Shown in pieces: positions 1 to 11,325 of a stretch of DNA of 64,000 bases; position 1 is the first letter of the stretch; each line of letters starts with the position of its first letter. The translations under genes and the position numbers were made by a program. The notes below the pieces were generated by a model. That model searched no databases, was not told the DNA's origin, and saw nothing but the letters and a program-made list of their open reading frames with translations. Source of the stretch: Tubiluchus corallicola (lineage: Eukaryota > Animalia > Priapulida); assembly GCA_030141605.1 (NCBI GenBank), contig JAQGDQ010000550.1, forward strand, positions 62,001-126,000, written 5' to 3'.

Positions 1-351
1 AATAAACGCTAACGGTTAAAACGCTTAAAATATTCTATTAAAGAAAAGTCGAAATTTCTATTTCTTGACAAATACGTATTTTTGATAACTGATTTACTAA
101 AGCAGAATGACGATTTAGTAAAGAAGCATAAATTCATTTGCAACAGAAATCTTCCATGTATCTGCTACATATGTAGCAGTTTTTATTTTATATGTGAATT
201 GATATTATGAGTTTTTACCCGGAATAGCTGATAAGTAGTATAAGTATCCCGGCATAGCTAAGTTTGTAGTAAAATGTATGTTAGTCTCACCTGTTAATTC
301 AAAATTCAAATTGAGTAAATGGTTAAATTATCTCTGTATAAATTAACATTA

Positions 352-455
352 TGGCGCGTTCAGACGCAGAGACCATGTTCACATGTTGCAACTTTACTCT
401 CAGAGAGAAGTTGCGCAACAAGTTGCGAGGGAAGTCTCTGCGTCTGAACACGCCA
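352..455. mobile_element. 104-bp MITE, PIF/Harbinger (Tourist-like) type
   Basis: 22-bp terminal inverted repeats TGGCGCGTTCAGACGCAGAGAC / GTCTCTGCGTCTGAACACGCCA (1 mismatch), flanked on both sides by TTA (349-351, 456-458), the 3-bp TWA target duplication of PIF/Harbinger elements. Confidence 0.8.
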
Positions 456-2260
456 TTAGCATATATGACATCTACTGACAAGAAAGCCGAAACATTATAA
501 GCTGGTACAACTTCAGCACCATCACTATTCTGTTGCTCAAATAATTCAGGTTCGCCAAGTATTATTACAGTATATCGAGTACCCCAAGGGTTCACACAGA
601 TTAAGCCCGTTGTGTTTTTGAACAAACGTTTTACTCAAATATTTAACTGGAACTGCATTAAAAAATTTGTCACGTATCAAGTCATCCACGTCTGCACTAT
701 ACAGCTACGTATACAGTTAACAACATTAGTATTCTGCTCCCACCAACTATTCACGTTTGAAACTTGAAAACGTAAATGCCTTAACATTAAATGGACATGT
801 AATTTCTTCAATTAGTTACACGCCTTTCCTGTGTAGCATTATAATTCTACAGCCAATCACTGTCAGACCTCCAGCTAAAATGATCTGTAAAAAATATTGA
901 AGTTCTGAATTTTAACAACTTGGTAAGTTGACTGGTCAACTTTTGTAAAATCATGTAAGCACTCGAATAACAGGTCAAACATAAACATGTCGAGTTGCTT
1001 GTCAGACACTGGTCTGCAGTGTTGCATGTAACAAGTTTTCTAATTCTACTCTGGAAGCGAAATCCTCACAGTTTCTGAGTTGCAAACTGTAAGTGACATT
1101 TGAGTTTGAAGAAGCCAAAAGAGGCTTCGTTACAGATTGGAAGACTTGGGATTCCATATTTCACATTTTGATCTCGGTCAGCACCGCTCAGCTTTTAGCA
1201 CTGTCTCTAGCCAGTCTAATACCCATGAATGTTTCAGCAACTGTTCTACGAACTCCAGGAAAAAATACAATGCAAAGTACTCAAGAAAAGTGACCTTTGA
1301 CCTTGAATATGATCTTCCCGAAATCACCAAGGACCTCACCAAAATCTACACAGTTCAAATCCACAGACGGTGAATGGCCTTGTATATCAGCTTGCCCACT
1401 AGCGTTCACGTTTAATGTATAAAAATGCATTTATAACAAGTTGAAGCAATTAAATGGTTAGTTACAATAAATTCAACACTGAAAAACACTTGTTCAAACA
1501 GTGCCCTGGTACAAAAACCCCATCGTGACCTGTCATAATTTTGTCAAACCTACTGAAATAGTTTGCCAAGAAAGCAAACAAATCTACAGAGGAAATAAAC
1601 GTTCAAAATTTATTCTGGTTCGCAGTCTGCTGAGTACTCTGAGTGTGCTACAGGAATTCTAGGTCTAGTCAAAGCAACGAGTGTAGAAAAAACGAATCCT
1701 AATGCTACAATGGCATTATTAGTTCATTGATAATATTAGTATGTAGGTGGCGACACGTCTGCTTCAAATAATTTGTTATAGTGCCTAGCTGGTAGCAAGC
1801 GAAACATGTGCCAAGTGGCGGCAATGGCAAGAATAAGGAAACACTATAAGTTCAATTTAAACATTAAAGTTCTTTTACTGCTATACCATATAGGATAGGA
1901 TCACCAGTTAATCGTACTTTTTCTTTCTTACCAATAGATGTCGGTACTTCATGCATTTACGCAGTAGATATATAGGTACTCTACACAATGTTATGTACTG
2001 TCAGTACTAGTTGCGTTTATAGCGCCGGTGCTGCTATGTACTGAAACTACTAATAAATCAAAACGAGCTGGCGTACTTTTTAATTATGCTAACAAACATA
2101 CATTTCCACCTGTCGTGAGACTTCTGGGACAAGATTCCAGTGGATTTTTCAATACAAGAAACTACAGACGCGCATGCTTGTCTATAGGGCCTAACATGAC
2201 ACATTTCGCTACACTATCAATAAAAAACTAAAAAAGCGCAGAATAATTAGCTATACTTAC

Positions 2261-2479
2261 TTTTGATGTGTTATCACTGAATTGAAAATGAGGTTTTATT
2301 CCTGGGTTTGGCTCATGCGAGTTAAGCGTCCCATTTGTCATAACGGGTGACTCGCGGTCAGACTTCAACAGCTTGCGAACCCTGGCAAAAGCACTGGTGT
2401 ACACGAAGAACACGGGTTCTACGGGATGCCGGCCGGGTGACGGACTTAAGCAACGTCCGATCCGAATATTATGTTCCAT
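2261..2479 (-). CDS. Possible first coding exon of an unidentified minus-strand gene (73 codons)
   Basis: ATG-initiated frame MEHNIRIGRC...FSDNTSK, more GC/CpG-rich than its flanks, ending at a phase-0 consensus donor AAA|GTAAGT. No recognisable domain and no downstream exon identified. Confidence 0.3.
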
Positions 2480-3314
2480 GTTTGCTTAGACGCTGACACA
2501 ATATGCTAGTGCTATCAATGGCGAGCAATCACAAACAGAACGTGCTCGAAATTCACAAGGTAGCAGTCAAACTAGTCAACATGCGATCACCATTTTAATA
2601 TTCAAGGTAATCTACTAACATATCACGCGGTAGGTTTTATAACACATGTATTTCGCACACTAAGTCCAGTAGTTATCAAGCCTAGAGCCTTTTCTAAACA
2701 GGAATGAGTTCATAATAAACACGTTATGAGTTTCTAAATCATTCGTAAATAAGAATACTAACCAAATGTTGTATTAATTTGCTCTATATTTAACACACAA
2801 TGTTGGATTTAACAAAGACATCACACATATCAGCACAAGAAAACTCTGTTTTGTCATAGTCCAGATTTCTAGCATTCCTAGCAACCAATCACGTACCCGT
2901 TATACACAGTAGCTAGCAGCTCTTAGTCCAACCTATTGTGCCAGAAAAAATCTGAAATTGAGCGCGTCCGAGCGACTTTTGTAACTCACCTTCATGCATT
3001 TGCATGCACCAGTTACAATAGAAGAGAATCGTACAATGCCTGTCGGAACGCCTAAATATACTAAACTTTCGCTCCTAACAGCCACCAAAAACCTTCAATT
3101 TTACCCAAAGGCGATTCTACGTTTCTTTACGATTACAAAACAACTTGAGCGTAATATGTGGCTGCCTACCATCAATTATAAGGCATAATGTCTTAGATGC
3201 GTGTCTAGGGGGTTAAAAACACAATGGGCGTCTATAATAAAGGCAGGCCACACGGATGACATGGATATTTATCACATGTAATAGACGTTTTGTCACAGAA
3301 AAACGCGACGATAT

Positions 3315-3452
3315 AGTAGCTTCCTTAAAGGTCTCGTAAAAGTTTAACATGTAAGTATTTATAGAGATTCAGAAGATTCTTCGAGTAGCTTCCTTAAAGG
3401 TCTGGTAAAAGTTTAACATGTAAGTATTTATAGAGATTCAGAAGATTCTTCG
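3315..3452 (+). repeat. 69-bp tandem duplication (2 copies)
   Basis: AGTAGCTTCCTTAAAGGTCT...GAAGATTCTTCG at 3315-3383 and 3384-3452, one mismatch. Confidence 0.95.
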
Positions 3453-5907
3453 AATACAAGTGTTTCAATTTCTCATTCTTTTGTTTTCTTCTTCTTATGT
3501 GCAATCATACTTTCTTAATAATCTTTAGAACAGCGTTGAAACCGAATAAAAAGAAAGTAAGGTGAGAAAATGGGATGAGGAAAACAAGAAGCGAAAGACA
3601 AAACTAAAGAAAACAGCCGAGTAAGAGCGAGACAAAAAAAGTAGAAAGTAGAAAAAGAGCAAAAAATTTGCCAAAAGATACCGTATAGAAAAGAAACAGA
3701 GAATCAATTGACAAAATGAGGGGACATTTAGCAAAAGTTTTCTAACTATGCTTATAAAATTAATTCCACAAAGAACCTAGCTACTACCACCTTTTTAACA
3801 GCAACAAATTCCCAACAATTTTAAACTTATTGTGCATAGCTAAAACGAGCCCCTGCACTACACTCTTCCAGAAACTGTGGCTCAAATGATGACATGCAGA
3901 AAAACTGTCCAATAGATTTTAAGACCGACCAATCAAACACTCGTGACGGTGAACGATCTTGATGTGACCTTGAAAAAATCCGACTCCGCGGAGACGATTA
4001 TCCCGGATTAGCCTTTGGTAATCCCTACAAAAGACTTGTAAAATGCACTCGTGGTGTACAAAACGCTTCAATAATTTGCCATTTAAGCCATTGACTCCTA
4101 TATACAGCACCATGGCGGTAAAAGCATACCAGCGAAAACTTTTACTATAACTGTGTATAAAGATATTAATAAATCTAATTCTTTCATAAAGATCTTACTC
4201 GTTCAGTATATAAATCTCCTCTCTCTTACTGCATATAAAGATATTAATAAATCTCAAAGCTAATCTAATCTACTGTAATGATTATTTTCATAAAGATCTT
4301 ACTCGTTCAGTCAAATAACCACACAGCACAACAATGCAATTAACACAACAATAGATTACCACACATGTTATCTGTCAACTGCATTTTAGTTAATTGCACA
4401 TAAATTAACAGCTCTATTAGTTAAAACGCATTATTATCTCATTAGAGAACGAAGGCCACTGTCAACGTTTCTTGCAAAATCTCAAACAGAAAACCGTGTT
4501 TACATAAAATAAAACGATATTTAACGAATGGCAAATTTTGCGAAAACTAACACACATCTTCTCTCAACTGAACAAGAAACCTGCTCTAATTAATCTCTTA
4601 CTAACAGGTAGTAGCTCGATGATTTTATTGGCGGTTTATGTGTAGCTTTTTCCATGAGAAGCACGATCAACGTTTACGATTGCAACATGCAGTACCAGCA
4701 TGATTTAGAAAGGCGTTTTATAACACAATCTCTAGCCGCTAGCACATCGATTATAAAACAGTGCCATAATGTCGACCAGTATAACGCGCTTATTCAATTA
4801 GTACTAACAATAGAGTAGTATTTATAACATAAAAATGCTAGATTCACAGGATTGAAGATTATAATAATATCCAGTAGAAGTTTTCAATGTTGAACGTTAG
4901 TCATTATTCACCAAACCACGCGAACTCACTCGTTGCATTTCTTTGGTAATTACACACGAACTCATGCATAAAAGCTTTTTTGCTAGCCGACCGACTTTCA
5001 AGTTACCGTAAATCAAGCGAAAAATATTGAATTTCTTACAACCCATAAAATATCAACCGGTAGTAAGCTACAGGCGTATTCCTGAAACCGATAAAAACTA
5101 CGTATACTTTAGGTTTATAGCACCTTCATGAATTCATAATAAATAACCGAAGCGCCTTCATTTACATATTTCTAAAGTAAAAGATAGTCGTTACAAGCAG
5201 AAGAGTGATAACCTTCCAGCAATATCATTAATCATGGTACAGATATTAATTTATATTCGATCATATCATAGCTGAACTAGTAAAGAAAGTTCATACCAAA
5301 CCGTGAGAAGACACGGACAATTTGTTCGCGCTACCACACCACATCATTTCAACATTGCCGTTTAACACTTTCCACACGGCGGTTACAAAGCAACCAGGTG
5401 AGTAACACAGGTAAGACTTTTACCTGTCCTAAGTTTTAGTTAGCCATGTCACGGGTAAAGTAAACTTTATCCACGCTTGGGGGAACTCGTTTGATAAATG
5501 GCTATAATACAATAGAAATGTAGAAACAAAATAGAAACGTGCCAAGAAGATAGATATGTTGTATTTGTACAGCAAAAAAAATTAAAAATAAAAATGTGAC
5601 TGTTTAAAACTATATCAATTATCAAATGAATTTTTTTTACCAAGTACTCGCACCTAGATTCTTAACAAAAAGTGATTACGTGACAAGGAAGCACATTTCG
5701 AAGATCATAACACTAAATCGAATGACGATAGTGCATAAATTGTATATGTACTTCGAAGTCTAAACTCTGAATTACAATTTCAGGCTTCTTTGACACATTA
5801 AAAGGTTTTGACACATTGGCACACTCAAACAATCGGGACTAAAACTGCAATTGTAGATTAAAACAAAGACATTAAAATTTTGCCTTGTTCACTGAGGAAT
5901 TGGGTGT

Positions 5908-6101
5908 GGGAATATAGTGGCCTAGTAGTCTAAGAGTCCACCTTGTAAGCAGAAGGAAACTGGTTCAAATCTAAGTTGTATTTCCAACTCTTTCCCCATT
6001 TCTTATTTTTCAAGTTTGGTATCAAAAATTAATTTCATGAATTTGTGTTTGTATCAGCATTAATAATATAATAATATTGACGGTAAGATTACAATAATTA
6101 A
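5908..6101 (+). mobile_element. tRNA-derived SINE-like element, copy 1
   Basis: A-box-like TGGCCTAGTAG (5918) and B-box-like GGTTCAAATCT (5962), then TTTTTCAAGTTTGGTATCAAAAATTAATT and an AT tail shared with the copy at 56522-56680. Confidence 0.6.
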
Positions 6102-6715
6102 CATTTATTTGTTATAAATTGAACAAGCAAATTTGCCAAACAGCTTACAATTAACCAATTCGTTAGGCAGAATCTCTTACTCTTATTTCAGCACAAATAT
6201 TTATACGTTTTAAAAACAAAAATACGATTATACAATAATTGTGAAAAGGAGAAAACGCAAAAAATGCATTTATAACCTGACTTTCCCAGAACTCTAGCAC
6301 AATAACTAAGGAAGTTACCACAAACCTTGCCAGAAGTGACTTTTAGAAGTAGAAGTTTTTGAGCACCCTGTACAACTTATAAATGTCGAATCGAATTTGC
6401 TGCTGAAGCGACAGCGCGAGTATATAAACAATAAGTGCGGTTAAGTACAAAAACTTGAAACTGGAAATCATCTTTCTTATCTGTCAGAAAGTATTTACTA
6501 GCCACAAAGAAGAAGAGAATGTAGAATCTCATGCACTGAAGACAAAGTACATAAACTGGATAAACATTTAATGAAAGCCTTGAGTCATGTGCTAACTTTT
6601 AAATCGAATTAAAGAATGCCAAGATATATATCAATTTATCGCTTCAGAACTTCAGAAATCCGAGGGCACAATCATATTAGTGGAGTGATTCCTTTAAACA
6701 ACCTATATAGACACT

Positions 6716-6849
<134 letters not shown>

Positions 6850-7344
6850 TGTTTCTTCACATTCTCTGAATTACGCTTTCTCTCTAAATTGAGCTTCAAC
6901 ATTTGACTCTCAGAAGATCACAGACGTCAGGCGTCGATAACTGGAGATAGATATGGGCAGAAAGTGCTTAGGTGCATTTGCTCTGACCTTTGACCTTTGA
7001 AATAAGATAGTGCTCTTCTGAGATTTGCCATGGTCATAATCTTAACTTCCTCATTGATCATTAATCATTTTAACTTCTTCTTTGACCTTTGACTTCAAAT
7101 TACCCCCTTGGCGTCGAAGGTCACAGGCTACCTCACCAAAAAAATTCAAGGAAATTCGTTTAATGTAACTTTTTTTCTATTTTCATGATTAATTACTTAT
7201 GTGCATTAGACAAACTATAACAGCAGTCCCACAAGATAACTTAGATTTGATGATGATGAACTGAACGCTATGTTAAAAAAATTCTGAAACTCAAACATTC
7301 GTATTCACATTTGCTAGAAAAAATGTAGTTTTTACCATTATTAA

Positions 7345-7878
7345 TACAGGTGAACGGCAATAAAGACACGGGAAAAAAGTCACGGAAAAAATTTTGGCTA
7401 GGAAAAACATCACAGGAAAAGAGTCACAATTAATTTTGGCTAGGTTAGAGTTAGGGTTAAGATTAGGGTTAGGGTTACTTCTTTTTTTTCTGCGCCTTTT
7501 TTACTGACAGCAGCGCCGGAGTGTAAAATTTTGAAGCTCCTAGGTTAACGAAATTATGGGGCCCCCTCAGACTGTCTAACTCGCCCGCTCCCGTCTAAAA
7601 TGATTTTAACTTGTCGTATATTTTTTACGACATTTACATAGTTTGAAGTAAACTTATAACAAATTATTTTAATAAACTAGAAAGCCATCTTTTGTTTCTT
7701 TAAGAAATACCACTATTTTACTATTTATTGCAAACTAAATTAATACCTATTTGAACACAACCGTAATGAAAAAGAGATTATTTGCCAAATGTTAGTAAAG
7801 CTTGAGGGGCTCTAGGTTGCAGCCTATACTAGCCAATAGGGTAATCAAGCCCTGCCTGTGACTTTTTTACCTGAATTA
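7345..7878. mobile_element. Palindromic non-autonomous element with a central TTAGGG-like tract, interrupted by an hAT-like MITE
   Basis: Left arm has repeated GGAAAAAAGTCAC motifs and the right arm has the complement GTGACTTTTTTACCTG. Centre is TTAGGGTTAAGATTAGGGTTAGGGTT. The insert at 7511-7854 starts CAGCGCCGGAGT and ends AATCAAGCCCTG (reverse complement CAGGGCTTGATT), resembling hAT-type termini. Confidence 0.5.
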
Positions 7879-8961
7879 GCTAATATGTTCTCATGCGCAT
7901 TATACATGTACGAACACATTTTAAAACTTTAGGTTTTCGATCTAAGCAACAGTTTGGTCAATTTTGGTTCTACGAATACCTAGATCTTGTTCCGGCTTAC
8001 AGATCTCCATAACATCTTACGTGTTTTGTTTACATGGCAAGACAGGAAGTCAAAACAGCACGCAATTTAAATTACTCACACGATTCCTGATAATAACACA
8101 ACAAACATTGAGGTGTAGGTACAAGAAGATACCTTGACTTCAAAGCCCGCAAATTAATTATAATGACAAGTAAAATTTTGCTGGATTCGTCTCAATTCTT
8201 TAACCTGCATGATGAAAGATGATATCGAAATAAGGGCAGATTAGATATTATACATTCATCGTATTATAGATATTAAGAATAAAAGGCATAACAGGCGACC
8301 AAATAACAACAACATATTAGATAGTTTTCCAATCGCTAAATCTAATATTTTATTAACGAAATTTAACCCTTTTTCAAAAAGAACGTAAAATTATACTATT
8401 TCGTTCTGCTACAATATATATGCACCGGTTTTTTACATGTTATGCTTACGATACCCCATCTTTAACAAATATCTGTAGAAAATAATATAAAACATTTTAA
8501 AAGTACTGTTGCGTAAGTTTAAGAACACGTATCGTTGAGTTCGGAAATTCTATTGCAAATCAAGTACGGAATCAAAGTGACGCACGATTTTACAGCAGAA
8601 TATTTAGAAGATGGACTGATTTATTAATGTAGTAACTGCTGGTTTTTAACCGATGCCACGTAATTTTAAATTCTGTATACATCTTTTTTGTACATATTAA
8701 TAGCTCTTTTCATAGTGCATGCCACGCAGTATTTCTTAGTTCTTAGTGAAATTTTAACTTTTATATAGCATTTTTAAGTGCTGAAATAAACTTTAAAGAA
8801 ATAAATAGTAAAAACTTTCCTTGCATGTTTCCGGCATTATTGCAAATTTCAGCCTTATCTGCCAATCCACCAAAAATAGTGTAGCATTTCATCCTATTTT
8901 GAGGCCTTCACGCATTGAAAAAGTTTAATGTTAAACTGCCTTAGTCGTTTCCCCCTCCTTA

Positions 8962-9052
8962 GTGATATATTCATATAGCTGTGACAGCTGCACTGTAGTC
9001 TATGTTGGCCAAATCTCCCGCCACTGGGATGTATGCACGAATATATGAACAC
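8962..9052 (+). mobile_element. Penelope-like retroelement remnant (GIY-YIG endonuclease fragment)
   Basis: Translates VIYSYSCDSCTVVYVGQISRH, then after a frameshift RIYEH. This matches the VxY-C-x2-C-Y(I/V)G-x-T-xRxL-RxxEH pattern of Penelope GIY-YIG domains. Confidence 0.65.
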
Positions 9053-11325
9053 TGGACAATATCTATAAAACTGGCTAATGTCCAATGCTTCCCAGTCTTT
9101 TTAAAAAAATTCTCCAATGCCTTTTCCAACAGTTCACTCTGAGCAAACTAGTATTAATCTGACTAGTATGAGTACTGGTTAACTTTGTTAAGGTAAAGTA
9201 CCATGAAATTCGTGCTATTAGTCTGTTAGGTGACATGTTTGCAATTATTTAAGGGTAAATGCATGTCAGTGAGAACAACATGAACTATTTAGCTAAATGA
9301 TATTAGTTGTCTTTGGCAACTAAAGATGCTTAGCGTCAATTGAAGGAGTTGAGATTTTAAATCTTAAAAACTGCTTATGTGTCAAATGAAGTTATGGGTA
9401 ACCATACTCTAGTATTTGATAGCATCACGTAAGCTATTTCTTATTATCATAAGCAGTGTTAATGACCTATGCAAGTGATTCTTTAAAAAAATAAAAATAC
9501 TTGACCACAACAGCTTCTACTTAAAAGGCACCAATGTGATTCAAAAGCGCTCTAGGCAAATCTAGTTCTTTGTCAAGTAGCTGAGCTTGCGCTTATAATG
9601 TTGCTTGTTCAAAAAACGAAACATCTACGGCTGACAAAAACAGTGAAACTTGTATCAATATTGACAAGACGATTTCATCACAAAAGCTCGTGTGAACAAG
9701 CCTTTAGATCGTCTAGATAAATCATTAACAAACCTGTTTGTAAGACAACCAGCTTAGAGTAGTGATACTATGATGAAAGCAAGCAGAAAAGTTCAGTGAG
9801 ACCCCCCTTCAGCTCCTCACAAAATTGGGTAGAGAGGTTTTAATCTCTACCCGTCCTAACAAAATGAGGGCTTGAGTCTATGTACACATAATGAGGTCAT
9901 ATTATACATGATATTCCAAAAATAAATGCTGAAGCCTGTGAATCTAAGCAATTGAATTAGCGGATATCAATTATGCGTTCAGTATTTGTACAAACAATGA
10001 AGTAAACATAAGCTAACAGATCTAACGTTCGGCAAAACACGGTCGAAATAACGAAATAAAGATGACGCATATGCAAAGTTTAAATTGTAGCGAACTGTAA
10101 ATTGTAATTTCATCACACACAAATTATTCTGTGAATGAGGTGTAACTTATTATGCATTTTTTCTTCGGCATTTGCTTGCTTTACTTTTGTGCTAGGGTCT
10201 GACCTCGAACATTCCTGTATGTGGGATAACGAATTTACCGACTTGGTTCCTTAAGTTTCTTATCGAAAGCATTCATTGAAGCGTGATTTTTTAAAGTCTG
10301 AACTGCATTCATGTTATGTAAACATGTGTTGTGTAAACATGTTATGGTAAACCTAAAAAAGCTTGCCTTTCTTAAGCCATAACCAATTCTCTGCTTTAAT
10401 CTGAATTCATGCTGCCATCTTCAGGCAACAAACTGACAATGAATAACAATATTATTGTTGATATAAACAAAAACAGCAGCAGATGACAACAACAACAACA
10501 TTGACGATACTCATGACAGTAACGATTTTTCTTACAAAACTCAATAAATACTTATTGCTATAAAACACAGCAGTGAGATTTACATGCAGTAACGCATTAA
10601 TTACAGTCACTTGAAAAATCACCGAAAGCGCTCTTTCCCCATAATAAGATGAATTAATCACTGACTGTTCAAAATAATTGCATTGATGCAAACAAAAAAC
10701 ACATAGGCATCATATTCAGATGCCCCTACTCATAATCTTTTTATAATATAAGTTTCCAAATATTTAAATATGATGTCCATTCAAAAGTATTTCCATCTGC
10801 ATGTATTTGCCACACACAAATGACTTAGTAGGCAATGTCAAGATCAAAATTCTATTAGCTTGCAGCTTGTAAGCTTGCAAGATTAACAGACTGAGATTAC
10901 AATGACAATGAACAGTCCAGAGTCTTGTGCTCAGGTTAATGACAGCCAATGACAAGAGAGAGAGATATTTAATGTCGTACTCTACACTTGAACTCTATAC
11001 TTTAAGATTCTGAATGACATTAGTAATGTACAGGGCTTCCAAAAAAACAACTACTTAAGCACAACTTCATTAAAGATGCTGGAGGAAGTACTACAACTAA
11101 AGTGATTAAAATACAGAATTTGCATTGAATTATTGCGATACACAGGAACTTTTATTTTTATTATTTATTTATCTTTTATTTTTTGCAAATAGAACACTAT
11201 GGTGAATAGTAATATACAAATACAATATAACAAGTTTTCAATGGACAGGAAAATGAAAAAATATTCAATGCTCCCAATAAATACAAATAAAAAACATAAG
11301 AAAAATGTTTATATTGTACACTCAC

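Noticed and set aside
323-625. Minus ORF resembling the glutamate carboxypeptidase II PA region (EP..QN..VVPAYN..DVIYAN..RDF..LRNFSL)
   Set aside because: The RDF..RNFSL part is encoded by the 352-455 MITE. Without it the frame diverges and stops, leaving similarity too weak to call.
3525-3734. Hydrophobic minus ORF and Lys/Glu-rich plus frame
   Set aside because: Low-complexity purine-rich tract, with stops in the plus frame.
7440-7478. TTAGGG repeats as a true telomere or fusion scar
   Set aside because: Only a few imperfect units, embedded in a palindromic repeat element.
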